Shown: positions 1-11,136 of the stretch, in pieces
Layout: every line of letters starts with the position of its first letter
How positions within the stretch are numbered: position 1 is the first letter of the stretch
Assembly: GCA_050953065.1 (NCBI GenBank)
Contig: JBMNLZ010000003.1
Coordinates: forward strand, 192,001 to 256,000
Source of the DNA: Bacilli bacterium
GTDB lineage: Bacteria; Bacillota_I; Bacilli_A; ML615J-28; CAG-698
Length of the DNA: 64,000 nucleotides
Direction: 5' to 3'
Notes under the pieces: generated by a model
The model's input: only the letters and a program-made list of their open reading frames with translations
Told to the model about the DNA's origin: nothing
Database searches by the model: none
Made by a program: the position numbers and the translations under genes

Positions 1-10
1 CTTATTTTCT

Positions 11-1498
11 TTAAGTATACTTATTTATAACCATAGGAATTGTATTAATAATATCACTAGCAACTAACGTATATTCATTTTGGTAACTACCAACTGCACT
101 TTCTGCAGTCTCACCCAAAATATACGATGCAACAGCAGCTATTTTTAAGGTTTCCTTACTTCTACTTGCAAGACCTACTAAAATACCACTTAAAACATCT
201 CCACTTCCTGCTTTAGCAAGACCTGAATTTCCAGTAATATTAATATATGTATCAGTAGGAGATGCAATAATTGAAACAGCACTTTTCAAAACAACTGTTA
301 AATTATATGTATATGCAAAATCTCTAGCTACTTGAATTCCTTTTTGTTTTATTTCATCGACGTCTTTATCTGATAATCTCGCAAATTCTTTAATATGTGG
401 AGTAATAATTACTTCACATTTTTTCATTTTTAAAACCCCAACACCATATGTTGCTAAAGAATTTAGACCATCAGCATCAATTATTAAAGTTTTAGAATAA
501 TTCTTTAATAGATACTCAATAGTCTTATAAACTTCCTTGCTAACTCCTAGCCCCATTCCTATAGCAATCGCATCACTATGAGATATTATTTTATTTAAAT
601 TCTTTTTATCAAAAAGTAAGTTTCCGTTTTTATCTTTAATTAAAAAGTAAGTGTTTTCTAAAGCATTTAACGCAAAATTACTATAAAGCGATTTTGGTAT
701 GGCAAGTTGAGCATAACCTGATCCCATTTTTAAAGCACATAAGGCATTAAAACTAATAGCACTAGCTCCGATTAATTCTTTACTACCTGCAATAATTGTA
801 GCTTTACCAAAACTACCCTTATGTACATTTCTATCTCTTTTTGGAAAAAACTCCTTTACTTCCTTTTCTTCTAAAATACCAGAAGATTTAGTAACTGAAG
901 GAAAAATCCCAATATTTTCAACTACTAGTTCACCAGAATAATCTAGTCCATCATTTAAAAAATGACCATTCTTATAAAAACCTAAAGCAATTGTTAGATT
1001 AGCTTGAACTGCAATATTTAAAACTAGCCCATTATCAGCATTAATTCCGCTTGGAATATCTACACTAATTACATAAGCATTAGATTCATTAATCTTGATA
1101 ATAGTTTCATATAAATCTTGTTCAATCCCACGTGATAATCCAATACCAAATAAAGCATCTACAATAATATCATATTTATCAATAGGATATTTATTATGAA
1201 TTTTTCCACTAAATTGCTTTTTATTTTTTTCTCTTTCTTTTGAACCAACACCTTTAATAGCAAAAACTTCTACATCAAAATCTTGTTCTAAAAGTTTTCT
1301 TGCTACTACAAAACCATCTCCACCGTTATTTCCTAAACCACAGACTACTAATACTTTCTTTTTTTGAAATCTTTTTGAAATTTCTAAAGCTATCGCACTA
1401 CCTGCTTCTTCCATTAGTTCCAGAGAAGTAACACCTTTTTGTTCCATAGTAAAGGTTTCTGAGTTCTTCATTTCATCGCTTGAGACTACTAAAAACAT
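11..1498 (-). CDS. nnr: Bifunctional NAD(P)H-hydrate epimerase/dehydratase (YjeF N + C domains)
   Basis: Motifs GNNGGDG, DALFGIG, DIPSG, HKGSFG, DADGLN, TPHxxEF, GSGDVLSG; RBS AGGAGG at 1505-1510. Confidence 0.95.
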   Translation of the reverse strand: MFLVVSSDEMKNSETFTMEQKGVTSLELMEEAGSAIALEISKRFQKKKVLVVCGLGNNGGDGFVVARKLLEQDFDVEVFAIKGVGSKEREKNKKQFSGKIHNKYPIDKYDIIVDALFGIGLSRGIEQDLYETIIKINESNAYVISVDIPSGINADNGLVLNIAVQANLTIALGFYKNGHFLNDGLDYSGELVVENIGIFPSVTKSSGILEEKEVKEFFPKRDRNVHKGSFGKATIIAGSKELIGASAISFNALCALKMGSGYAQLAIPKSLYSNFALNALENTYFLIKDKNGNLLFDKKNLNKIISHSDAIAIGMGLGVSKEVYKTIEYLLKNYSKTLIIDADGLNSLATYGVGVLKMKKCEVIITPHIKEFARLSDKDVDEIKQKGIQVARDFAYTYNLTVVLKSAVSIIASPTDTYINITGNSGLAKAGSGDVLSGILVGLASRSKETLKIAAVASYILGETAESAVGSYQNEYTLVASDIINTIPMVINKYT

Positions 1499-1510
1499 AA
1501 AACACCTCCT

Positions 1511-1543
1511 AAAAAAATATTCTCCACCCCAAGGTGGAGAATA
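1511..1543 (-). terminator. Intrinsic terminator downstream of the SIS-domain gene
   Basis: TATTCTCCACC/GGTGGAGAATA stem followed by a T-run on the minus strand. Confidence 0.8.
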
Positions 1544-1546
1544 ATA

Positions 1547-3310
1547 CTATTTCACTTCAGGTTCAAATCCTAATCTTCTTAATGACTCAACAACATAAGA
1601 TTCTTTATAAACTTGACCTTCTTCTCTTCCTAGATATGATTTAAAGAATTCTTCCAATGCTTGTTCATATGGAATGTTTGCAATTGTAGCGATAATTCTA
1701 GTACTACGATCAATAAGTTTCTTATTTGTCGGCAATACTTGAATCATCCAATTTGACCATACACGTCCTAATTTTGTCATGGAAGCTGTTGAAATCAAAT
1801 TGAATAAAACTTTAATCATTGTATGAGACATTAATTCAGTAATTGTATGAGATACTTTTACAGGAATTAAAATTTCATTATCAGCTAACTTTTTGTTTGG
1901 AATCTCACCAATTCTTAAAACTACACCACCAGAAAACTTCTTAACATTTTCATTATACCAAGCCATTGTTTTTCCACAAGCTGAACCATGGATATCAACA
2001 CATACTAATTTTGAATTAGGTTGAGAATATCTTGATGGATCATCTTCATTACCAATTTCATAATCTCTAACATATTCTGTTCCAACTTGAGGTGGATTAT
2101 TAATTATTGCTTGAGAAGCTCCTAAACGTTTGTAATCTTCAACAGTCCATTCTAATCCTTTGGGCTCTCTTCTTAAAAGATGTTGCCAAGCAACTTCTGT
2201 TGGATAAAGTGGATCTTTGATAAACGCCCAACTAACTTGACTTGTTTTATCAGATTTTCTTCTAAAAGGAGGAATTGTAAAAGTAGGTTGTCTTTCTGTA
2301 GTATCTGTCATGATATCAAGTTGATAATCATGAGTAGCATAAGTTATTAACCCACCTTTTTTATAAGTTTCTGCTTCATATTCAATATATTTAGCAATTC
2401 CACTAACTGCAGGTTCACTTGATAATTGATCTAACATTCTAGTATATTCAGCTGTATATTCTTCAATTGTAAAAGCACCATCACCCAAAATAGAAAGTTC
2501 AGTTTCAGATAGATTTTCTTTTAACCATTGCCATCCAGCTATTTCTAAAGCTGCACCAACTGCTAATAATTGTACTGTAGCTGCTTGCATACGTGTAGAA
2601 CCAGCAATTGCCATATTTCCAGCAAATAAATAAATTTTTTGAATGTTTTCTCTTTCAAAAACAACTCTAACTCTATCTAAATATTTGCATAAGATTTCTT
2701 TTGGATTGTAATATACATAATAAGTTGTACAACCTCTGTCATCTGCTTCTAATACTGAACCATTAATACTTGCAGATAAACCACATTCAGCAAGTCCAAT
2801 TACTAAATCGCCTTTTCCTACATTAGCATCAATAACTTGTTGGCGACCAAAACTCATATAGTCTTCATAATTTTCAACTGAACGAACAATAGCTCTATCT
2901 CCACCAGTAATCATACTAATAGTTAGATTAGAAATTTCAATAAATTTTTCTTTTAATCTTGGAAGTTTTTGAGTAACTGCAGTCCAAAACGCTCTCCAAC
3001 CATTATCAATTTGAACAGCCATTCTTCCAGATGCTCCAACACTTGATAAAAGAATTGTTTTTCTATTATCAATTGCTTTTTTGATATCCTTTACTAAATT
3101 TTTAAATTCTTGAGTTTTAGCTGCATCATTAACAGCACGCGGGATATCTCTATCCGCATCTAAAATCATTTTAACTCCAGCTTTTGTGTCCTTAAGCAAT
3201 ACAGAGCTTAACCCTTTTGTAATAGGATTAGGTTGTTCTGTTGGAATCATCCCTAATTGAAATTGTTTTTCATTTTCTAAAAAATTTTTGGCTGCACTTT
3301 TATAATCCAT
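1547..3310 (-). CDS. MurQ/glucokinase-regulator-like SIS-domain protein (587 aa)
   Basis: MurQ-like segments TEQPNP, GASGRM, GGDRA-VENYED, GSTRMQAAT, LISTASM-LGRV-N-M and NKKLIDR, but about twice the length of MurQ. Confidence 0.7.
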   Translation of the reverse strand: MDYKSAAKNFLENEKQFQLGMIPTEQPNPITKGLSSVLLKDTKAGVKMILDADRDIPRAVNDAAKTQEFKNLVKDIKKAIDNRKTILLSSVGASGRMAVQIDNGWRAFWTAVTQKLPRLKEKFIEISNLTISMITGGDRAIVRSVENYEDYMSFGRQQVIDANVGKGDLVIGLAECGLSASINGSVLEADDRGCTTYYVYYNPKEILCKYLDRVRVVFERENIQKIYLFAGNMAIAGSTRMQAATVQLLAVGAALEIAGWQWLKENLSETELSILGDGAFTIEEYTAEYTRMLDQLSSEPAVSGIAKYIEYEAETYKKGGLITYATHDYQLDIMTDTTERQPTFTIPPFRRKSDKTSQVSWAFIKDPLYPTEVAWQHLLRREPKGLEWTVEDYKRLGASQAIINNPPQVGTEYVRDYEIGNEDDPSRYSQPNSKLVCVDIHGSACGKTMAWYNENVKKFSGGVVLRIGEIPNKKLADNEILIPVKVSHTITELMSHTMIKVLFNLISTASMTKLGRVWSNWMIQVLPTNKKLIDRSTRIIATIANIPYEQALEEFFKSYLGREEGQVYKESYVVESLRRLGFEPEVK

Positions 3311-3414
3311 TCTTTAAAATCCTCCTTGGAATATACTATATTTTTGCTTTAAAAATCATATACATTATAACAAACTCCTTGACTTATTGCAAGGAGATTT
3401 GCTTAAAATAAATG

Positions 3415-3450
3415 AATAAGAAGAATAGATTAATATCTATTCTTCTTATT
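3415..3450. terminator. Perfect 16-bp hairpin, probable terminator of the sigma/anti-sigma operon
   Basis: AATAAGAAGAATAGAT-taat-ATCTATTCTTCTTATT. Confidence 0.6.
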
Positions 3451-3527
3451 GGGGAGGGGAGAGAGAGGTAAATTTTTTTAAAAAAATAAGATACCTCTAT
3501 TTTTAGATTGGGGATCTAAAAACCTAA

Positions 3528-4760
3528 TTAATATTGGGCGCCATCACGCGGCTTTTCTTTTGGTCTAAATGGATTATCAAATTGATATTTTTCATCTTGA
3601 CCAAATCGATATTCATATCTTTTTTTCGGAGTATTTGTATTTGCCTGATCATTTGTCTGATCAACGATATAAACATCTACTTCTTTTTCTTGGTTATTTG
3701 AACGGTGTTTTATCGAAATACCGTTACCATCTTTCATTGGTTTTTTTTCAAACATAAATTCTTCAGTAAAATTGTTTTTACGATATTCAAATCTTAATTC
3801 AGTTTCTTGATCAGTTTTATGAAGTTTCATTGTAGTTTCGTATGAAAACTGATTGTTAAAGTAAACTTTATATTCAGTATCATTTTCTTCGCTGTTTAAA
3901 TTTTTTTCAACTTCAACCCAATTTTTTTCATCTGCCTTAACTGTTAAACATAAAACTGACTTTTCTAGAGTTGTCTTCTTTATTCCTATTACATCATATT
4001 TTTTTTCATTATAAATAATAAATCCCGAAAAACTATACTCATCATCTTCAATAGTACCATTTGTAATATTGTAATAAAAAGTATACTCAAAACAATTCCC
4101 TAAATATGTCTCAATTGTAATTTTTTCTTTATAAGCAAACTCTTCAAAATCAGATTCTAATTCTTCAACTTTAAATGCTTTTTTATTTTGAATCATTTGT
4201 TCTGATAAAATTAAGAATCTATGCATTCTAACTGCCATTTCCTTATCATTTTGAGGAGGACATTCAGGTGCTGAAAATCCTGGATCTATTTCCATACCTG
4301 GACCTGGTCCCATTCCTGGATCAATCTCTATTTCTATTCCTGATTCTGTTCCAGGGCCTCCTTTTGGAAACAGTGTACAACTTAACTGTTCTACAAAATT
4401 CATTTTTTCTACATCTGAATCTTCATTAAACATGTGTAAAGCTGAAATCGATTCAACAGCCATAACATTACTTGTTTGAGTAACAATTGGATCATCTTCG
4501 CCAATATCAAGTCCTACTTTATTGTTAACTACAACTAAAACTACAACTAATGAAATAACTAAAAGCATCGCAAAAGACATTGCATTTTTAAAACTAAAAA
4601 TAGTTCTTCTTGCTTTTGTCTTTTCAACTACCCTAATATTAGCTTCTTTAGGGCGAAGATTATATTTCGCCATAATATCAGAGGCTAAATCAGGAACAAC
4701 GATTGAATCAAATTCTGATTTTATTCTATTAATAATATCAGATTTAGTTGTCTTTTTCAT
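3528..4760 (-). CDS. Putative membrane-anchored anti-sigma factor
   Basis: Overlaps the 3' end of the ECF sigma gene; short basic N-terminus, one TM helix, large acidic C-domain; likely start MKKTTK at 4760 (ORF track gives 4769). Confidence 0.6.
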   Translation of the reverse strand: MKKTTKSDIINRIKSEFDSIVVPDLASDIMAKYNLRPKEANIRVVEKTKARRTIFSFKNAMSFAMLLVISLVVVLVVVNNKVGLDIGEDDPIVTQTSNVMAVESISALHMFNEDSDVEKMNFVEQLSCTLFPKGGPGTESGIEIEIDPGMGPGPGMEIDPGFSAPECPPQNDKEMAVRMHRFLILSEQMIQNKKAFKVEELESDFEEFAYKEKITIETYLGNCFEYTFYYNITNGTIEDDEYSFSGFIIYNEKKYDVIGIKKTTLEKSVLCLTVKADEKNWVEVEKNLNSEENDTEYKVYFNNQFSYETTMKLHKTDQETELRFEYRKNNFTEEFMFEKKPMKDGNGISIKHRSNNQEKEVDVYIVDQTNDQANTNTPKKRYEYRFGQDEKYQFDNPFRPKEKPRDGAQY

Positions 4761-5289
4761 CTTCGTCACCTACTTTCTTTTTTATTTTCTTTAATGCATT
4801 ATTATATATCCACAAAACTGTCCCTAAAGGTTTTTTTACAACTTGTGCAATTTCCTTATGTGTCATATCATGAACAATACGCATTACAACAATTTCTATT
4901 TCTTTTGGATTTAAGACCTCATACATTGTTTGCATTAATGTATGTTCTTCATCTTTTACTCTTTCTACACTTCCATAAACTTCTTCTTGTTCATATTCAT
5001 CAACATAGACTTCTCTTTTACGTTTATTGTATTCATTCAATGATAAATTCCTAGCTATTGTTATAATCCAAGCAAATGGATTAGTATTTTCTTTATACAT
5101 TGAAAGAGAATCTAATATTTTCAAATATGTATCTTGCATAATATCTTCAGCTAGACTTTGATCTTTTAGAATCGCAATTATAGTGTAGTATACATTATTT
5201 TTAGTTTCATAATAGAATTCATCAAAAAATTCCATTCTACCATCTTTTAATAAAGAGATTAACTCTTCTAATCTTTCTTTATCAGCCAT
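4744..5289 (-). CDS. ECF-type RNA polymerase sigma-70 factor
   Basis: AEDIMQDTY and WIITIARN (region 2); THKEIA-PLGTV (region 4); start MADK at 5289 with RBS AGGGGAG. Confidence 0.93.
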   Translation of the reverse strand: MADKERLEELISLLKDGRMEFFDEFYYETKNNVYYTIIAILKDQSLAEDIMQDTYLKILDSLSMYKENTNPFAWIITIARNLSLNEYNKRKREVYVDEYEQEEVYGSVERVKDEEHTLMQTMYEVLNPKEIEIVVMRIVHDMTHKEIAQVVKKPLGTVLWIYNNALKKIKKKVGDEDEKDN

Positions 5290-5392
5290 TTTTCTCCCCT
5301 TACTAATTATAAATGGCATTATAATTAATCTTTTATTTTCCCATTAAATAAACAAATAACTATTGATTTTTATTGGATTTATTTGAATATTT

Positions 5393-6289
5393 TTAATTTT
5401 TTTTTATATCTTCTAAAGTGGGAATCGCCTCTAGAACATATTTTTTTAAAACACTTTGACTAGCCAAAGCATTTGCTGTTAAAACACTATCATATAAAGT
5501 GTTACCCTTTACTAACATATAAGCTAAAATACCATTAAAAATATCTCCAGCTCCTGTTGTATCTATAGCTTTTAAAGGAGTCGTTGCAATATGCCTAAAT
5601 TTACCATCATAAATTAGAGCACCTTTTTCTCCTAAAGTTATTACAATTTCTTGAACACCTTTTTCTTTAAACCTACTTTTTACTTTATCATAATCATTTA
5701 AATTTTCAATTTTAAAAATATCTTTAACCTCATGTTCATTTGGAGTCATTAATAAACTATATTTAAAATAATCAGAAACGAAATTTTTTGAAGGTGCTGG
5801 ATTTAAAATGACTTTTACTTTATACTTATTAGCAATTTCAATTACTTTAAAATTAATTTCATTAGGTATTTCTAATTGTAATAAAACTAAATCACTTTTT
5901 TTAATGATTTCTTCTATTTCAATAAAATCTAAATCCTCTAATTCTAACTTTACTCCAGGAAAAACTGTAACTTGATTATTACCTTTTGAATTAGTTAAAA
6001 TACAAGCAAAAGGAGCCTTACCTTTTTTTTCTTTAATATAGTAATTTATATTATATTTTTTTAAGTCATTTTTTACTAATTTAGAAAAAACATCATCTCC
6101 AAGAGAACAAATAAAGTTTACATTTACTCCCTGATAGGCAAGGGTTAAAGCTTGATTGAACCCCTTTGCTCCTATTTCTTCATGCATAATGTTTGAAATT
6201 AGAGTTTCACCTTTTTTATGAAAGTTTTCTACTTCCATAAAAACGCTATACCCAACAATTCCAAAAACAGTAATCATAAAATCACTCAT
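5393..6289 (-). CDS. rbsK: Ribokinase (PfkB family)
   Basis: GAKGFNQA, LLQLEIP, NPAP, TPNEHE, DTTGAGDIFNG; likely start at 6289 (ORF track 6298). Confidence 0.85.
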   Translation of the reverse strand: MSDFMITVFGIVGYSVFMEVENFHKKGETLISNIMHEEIGAKGFNQALTLAYQGVNVNFICSLGDDVFSKLVKNDLKKYNINYYIKEKKGKAPFACILTNSKGNNQVTVFPGVKLELEDLDFIEIEEIIKKSDLVLLQLEIPNEINFKVIEIANKYKVKVILNPAPSKNFVSDYFKYSLLMTPNEHEVKDIFKIENLNDYDKVKSRFKEKGVQEIVITLGEKGALIYDGKFRHIATTPLKAIDTTGAGDIFNGILAYMLVKGNTLYDSVLTANALASQSVLKKYVLEAIPTLEDIKKN

Positions 6290-6391
6290 ATAAAACACCT
6301 CTAATTTAAATAATTATACACTAAAAACAATATTTTTTCCATTGTTAAATAAAAAATGTGAGATTAATCTCACATTTTTAAAAACTATTTT

Positions 6392-8845
6392 TTAATAAAT
6401 TTCTTTTTTCCTTGTTTTATAATCATAACAATATGCTATTAGGAAATTAATTACTAAATATATAAAAAAGCCACCTAAGAAAATTATAAAATAACTACTT
6501 AGTTTTTCTTTCATAGTAAAGAAAACCCCTAATGGTTTAGTAATTAGAATTGCTACCCTAATTAATAAAAAAGCAAAAATAACACCTAATCCTACGACGC
6601 TTGCACCATTAATAGTAGATTCTAAACTTACTAAAGTTAAAAACTGTGATTTAGATAAACCATTTTGCCATAGAATATTAAATTCACTTCGCCTTTCTTG
6701 GAAAGCTATTACTAAATTATTAATTAGCCCTACTAAGACTATCAAAATTACCAAAACTAAAAAGGCAGTAAATAGTCTAATAAAAGAAGTCATCATCCCG
6801 ACATAATGTGTACTTATATCTTTTGGAGTTAAAAAGATATATGGCTTATCGCTAAACTCTGTAATTAATTTTTCGTAAGCTTCTTCTTTTGAAGTCTCAT
6901 CAAATTTTACAACAAGACCATTATATCCTAAATCTAAATAATTGATATCAGCAATAAAATACATTAATGGTGAATCAAAAACCCCTTTTAATACAAAAAC
7001 CTCTTCATTTCTTCCAATTGCTATTTTAATTTCATCCCCTATTTTTAAATTATTTCTTACAACAATCCCTTCAGGTAATAAAATCTCATTATTAGAAAAA
7101 TCAAATGTTTTAATTTTAAACTCATCAGTATTCAAAACATTTTTCATATTACTTGGATTTAAAGCAAACAAATCCAACTCATCAGAATCTAATAAAAGGC
7201 AGTTTGTAATCATTAAATACTTATCAGCACTATCAACACCTTCTATATTTAAAACTTTATTATAAGTACTATTAAGTGGGTCTGCAATATTTTGAACATG
7301 CAAATCACCTTGAAAAGCATTTTCTAATCTTTTTATTTCATAACTTAAAACATTTATAAAAACAAAAACTATCATTGTTAAAATCAAACTAAAGATAAAC
7401 AATCTATTAGTATTTAAAATACTTTTATTTCTATTATTTGATCTAGAAACAATTTTAATCAAACCTGCTTTTTTTTCATCATTAAAAATCTTTTCAATTA
7501 TTTTATATATAAATCTTATTGCATAAGGTAAGAAATATATAATTAAAGCACAACCTAATAAAAATAAATACGAATTATAATATAAAATATGTCCTATTGG
7601 CATATAAAACATTATTACATAAGAAGCAATAAATACAATAACTAATACTATCAAAATTTTTTTATTTAAAAGGCGATAGTTTTTACTAACTCCAACTAAT
7701 AATTCTCTTAAACTCTTTTTTGTTGTTCTAATTATTTGAGAGATTCCACTTAAAACTACTAATAAAACTCCAAATCCAAAAGAATATATATAATAAATTG
7801 TTTTTGTTGTTAATTCTAAACCTTCAATATTTAAAATTTTTGTTAAAAAATTTAAAAATACATTAGAAACTGCTAAGCCTATCCCATTACCAATAAGCGC
7901 ATAAATTAAGAGTTCTAAGAAAAGTAGTGCATTCATTTGATGTTTAGTAGCTCCAACGCTTTTAAATATAGCAATAGAATCAATCCTATTTCCTACCAAT
8001 AAAACAACCGATGAATAAATTATAATTATACTAAGCAGCCCAATTAAAAAAGCTATAATTACTAAGAGTTTACTTTGGGCATCCAGTAACATCGTATCTG
8101 TCCCTCTGTCTGATAAAATTATTTCTTTATCTTTAAAATATTCACTTTCTTTAAAAGTATCAATTTTTTCAGTTAAAGTATTTTTATCAAATAATTTTAC
8201 ATATATTTTATTATATATAGGAGTAGATATAAAACTATAACCAAATTCATACCACATCATCTCATATATAGCCTTATCATTTGCTAAAACATCATGATTA
8301 AAGAAAAGACCTGTATTTTTAGCGATTCCTGCAACTTCATATCTTTTATTAATACTAAAAATTTTAACATATACTTCATCTTCTAAATTTAAATTATGTT
8401 TTGTTGCAAAATTCTCACTAACTATTATTCTATTATCTATTTGGCTTTGACCAATCCCAGCAAAACTTATTAATTCAAAAGGATTAAACTCATTTACTTT
8501 AGACAAATCAGTTGCATAAATATTAGCAGTATGATTTTTTACTCCATCATTATAAATACTAGTAATCATATAAACGCCATAAGCTTTATCGCCTTCATCA
8601 AGCAATTCATTAGCCTTTGTAAGCTCCATAAATCTAACTTCTGATTGAGAAGCTACACTAATGCTGATATCAGTTTCTCCAGCTGAAGCCCTATATTTAA
8701 CAACCGCAAAATTTGCAAAAACATCCTTAACAGCTAGGGTTGCCAAAAAGATAGCCACAGTTAAAGCTATCGTTATAATAATTATAATTGGTTGAGTTGG
8801 TTTTTTTCTTACACTATTAAAGATATGCTTAAAATAAACGAACAT
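6392..8845 (-). CDS. ABC transporter permease, FtsX/MacB-type (duplicated)
   Basis: Multiple TM blocks, two extracytoplasmic domains, IAIFKSVGA and ERRSEFNILW-GLS FtsX motifs; next to an ATPase gene. Confidence 0.88.
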   Translation of the reverse strand: MFVYFKHIFNSVRKKPTQPIIIIITIALTVAIFLATLAVKDVFANFAVVKYRASAGETDISISVASQSEVRFMELTKANELLDEGDKAYGVYMITSIYNDGVKNHTANIYATDLSKVNEFNPFELISFAGIGQSQIDNRIIVSENFATKHNLNLEDEVYVKIFSINKRYEVAGIAKNTGLFFNHDVLANDKAIYEMMWYEFGYSFISTPIYNKIYVKLFDKNTLTEKIDTFKESEYFKDKEIILSDRGTDTMLLDAQSKLLVIIAFLIGLLSIIIIYSSVVLLVGNRIDSIAIFKSVGATKHQMNALLFLELLIYALIGNGIGLAVSNVFLNFLTKILNIEGLELTTKTIYYIYSFGFGVLLVVLSGISQIIRTTKKSLRELLVGVSKNYRLLNKKILIVLVIVFIASYVIMFYMPIGHILYYNSYLFLLGCALIIYFLPYAIRFIYKIIEKIFNDEKKAGLIKIVSRSNNRNKSILNTNRLFIFSLILTMIVFVFINVLSYEIKRLENAFQGDLHVQNIADPLNSTYNKVLNIEGVDSADKYLMITNCLLLDSDELDLFALNPSNMKNVLNTDEFKIKTFDFSNNEILLPEGIVVRNNLKIGDEIKIAIGRNEEVFVLKGVFDSPLMYFIADINYLDLGYNGLVVKFDETSKEEAYEKLITEFSDKPYIFLTPKDISTHYVGMMTSFIRLFTAFLVLVILIVLVGLINNLVIAFQERRSEFNILWQNGLSKSQFLTLVSLESTINGASVVGLGVIFAFLLIRVAILITKPLGVFFTMKEKLSSYFIIFLGGFFIYLVINFLIAYCYDYKTRKKEIY

Positions 8846-8859
8846 AGTTTTTACCTTTT

Positions 8860-9525
8860 TTATTTTTCTTTAATTTTCCCATCAACTATATTTATTGTTC
8901 TAGTACCATATTTTGTAGTTTCTAAATCATGTGTTACTTGAATAATTGTTATATTATATTCTTTATGTATTTTAGAAAGATACTCCATAACTTTTAAAGT
9001 CGATTGACTATCTAAATTTCCAGTTGGTTCATCTAACATTATGACATCCGGCTTATAGATTAATGCTCTAGCAATTGCTACTCGTTGTTGTTCACCACCA
9101 CTTAATTGATCAGGATATTTATCCTCTAAAGCTTTAATTTCTAACGTATTACATAAGCTTTCATAATGTTCTAAAACTTTAGATATCTTTTCATTTTTCA
9201 AATAAATAGGTAATAAAATATTATCTTTCACTTTTAATGTTGGTATTAAATTGAAAAATTGAAAAACAAAACCTAGTTTTGTTTTTCTTAACATCGACAT
9301 TTCTTTATCATTTAGTTTCGTAATATCAACATCACCATAAAAAATATTGCCTTTATCAACATTGTCATTTCCACTTAAAACATTAAGTAGTGTTGATTTA
9401 CCACTTCCTGATGCTCCCATAATTGAAACAAAAGAACCCTGTTCAATATCTAAATGTAGGTTTTTAAAGATACAATTATTATTGTAAGATTTTGAAATAT
9501 TTTTTGCACTTATATTAATTCCCAT
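8860..9525 (-). CDS. ABC transporter ATP-binding protein (LolD/MacB-like)
   Basis: GASGSGKS, LSGGEQQRVAIAR, DEPTGNLD; likely start MGIN at 9525. Confidence 0.95.
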   Translation of the reverse strand: MGINISAKNISKSYNNNCIFKNLHLDIEQGSFVSIMGASGSGKSTLLNVLSGNDNVDKGNIFYGDVDITKLNDKEMSMLRKTKLGFVFQFFNLIPTLKVKDNILLPIYLKNEKISKVLEHYESLCNTLEIKALEDKYPDQLSGGEQQRVAIARALIYKPDVIMLDEPTGNLDSQSTLKVMEYLSKIHKEYNITIIQVTHDLETTKYGTRTINIVDGKIKEK

Positions 9526-9613
9526 ATTTTTATCCTTTTTATGAAACAATAGCAGCAATTAAATTGCTGCTATTATCATTTATTTTAAAATTTTAATCCA
9601 ACTATTTAACTTT

Positions 9614-11136
9614 CTATTTTGGAGAAATTAAAAGTGTTAAATAAGGAGCTGTTCCCAATATATATTGTTGGGAAACTATTTCCAATTCTTCTTCAAGTGT
9701 TTCAAGTTCATCAACTGATGTAGTGTTTATGTTTGTTGCAGCTATTTCTTCAATTATAGCCATAAGGTCTGCAAACGTAGACGTTTCACCTTCATATTCG
9801 ATTGGTTCAATAGCATTAGCTTCAAGTGTTGCATTAAGTGCAGCTATTGCAGTTTGAATCTCAACTAAAAGTTGTGCTTGAGCATCTGTATCTAAAGATT
9901 TATATGCTGCAAGAGCTAATTTAATTGATTCAAATGGTTGTTTTAAATTAGCTTTTTTATATTCTTCTTCAGTTACTTCAACATCATCAATATAGTATGT
10001 ATGAGTAACTTCTTCTAATATATGATCCCAACTACTTTCGCTATATATATTAGCACTCATAACTTTTAAGTAATTAACATTAAGTTTTCTAAGCAATGCA
10101 CTTACTAATTCTAAATCTAGATTTATATATTCATCTATTGCACCTAAAACTGCTTCTGTCAATTGAAGACTTTGAATCGCTTCACCATAATAATAAACAT
10201 CAGCTTCTGGATCTTCTGGATCTGTTGTATCTGCTGCTTCAGCTTCTTCAATTGATGCTATAATATCAGCAAATTTGCCTGTAATTGCTGCAAAATATTG
10301 ACCCCATACACTGTCATCTAAATTAATATTATCAATTGCATTTGCTGCAATTTTTGCAAGATAAACAATTTCAGTATTTGTTGGAGCTTCACCATTTACT
10401 GCTACTGAAGCAATAAATTCAATGTCATCATCTCCAATACCTGCACAGAAATTACCGATAATTGTAAGTAACAATCTGCTAGTAAGTACAAAGTTTTCAT
10501 ATCCTAAACCTACACCAATAATTAATCCTGGTTCTGGTCTATCAGTACCTTCATATTGTTCTGCTAATAATTGATAACCTAACTTACCAAGCGCATCATT
10601 TCCAATCAATCCAAGTAAAACTTCATATAATTCTAAAAATGCCTTAAAATCATCAGTTGTCATAGTTGCAGAACTATTTGTAATATATTCCATTAATTCT
10701 GCATTCTCTACAATTGCACTAGCTATAGCAACAGCTTGTGCTTCAGTTATTTTAGCATTATTTAAGTATTCTTTTACCATAGCGATTGTTGCTTCACAAT
10801 CTTCAATTGCTGTAGATTCTTCTACTACTCCAACAGTAACAAGAACTTCAAATATTTTTTCATCAATTGCATTTGTGTATTCCATTTCTTCAGCACTATC
10901 ATCTGTAATTACAAATGATATTTTACCACCAGTACTTGGATTTTCATCTCCGCCACCAGGGTTTTCATCTCCACCACCAGGAGTTTCATCTCCATCATCA
11001 GGATCATCATCTACTTGACCTGGTGTGTTTCCACCGTCATCTGGATCACCTTCAGTTGTAGATTTTTATCTTTACAACCAAAAAGTGCAAGTGAACAAAT
11101 CATTAGTAATAATACTAATAAAAAACTTTTTTTCAT
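9614..11136 (-). pseudogene. Frameshifted acidic lipoprotein (third paralog of the tandem family)
   Basis: ATG at 11136 gives signal peptide MKKSFLLVLLLMICSLALFGC; one extra A in the A5 run (T11063-11067) joins it in frame to the 9614-10885 ORF, giving 507 aa. Confidence 0.85.
10940..11002. repeat. Three imperfect 21-bp tandem repeats encoding a (PGGGDEN)-like linker
   Basis: ATTTTCATCTCCGCCACCAGG / GTTTTCATCTCCACCACCAGG / AGTTTCATCTCCATCATCAGG. Confidence 0.8.
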
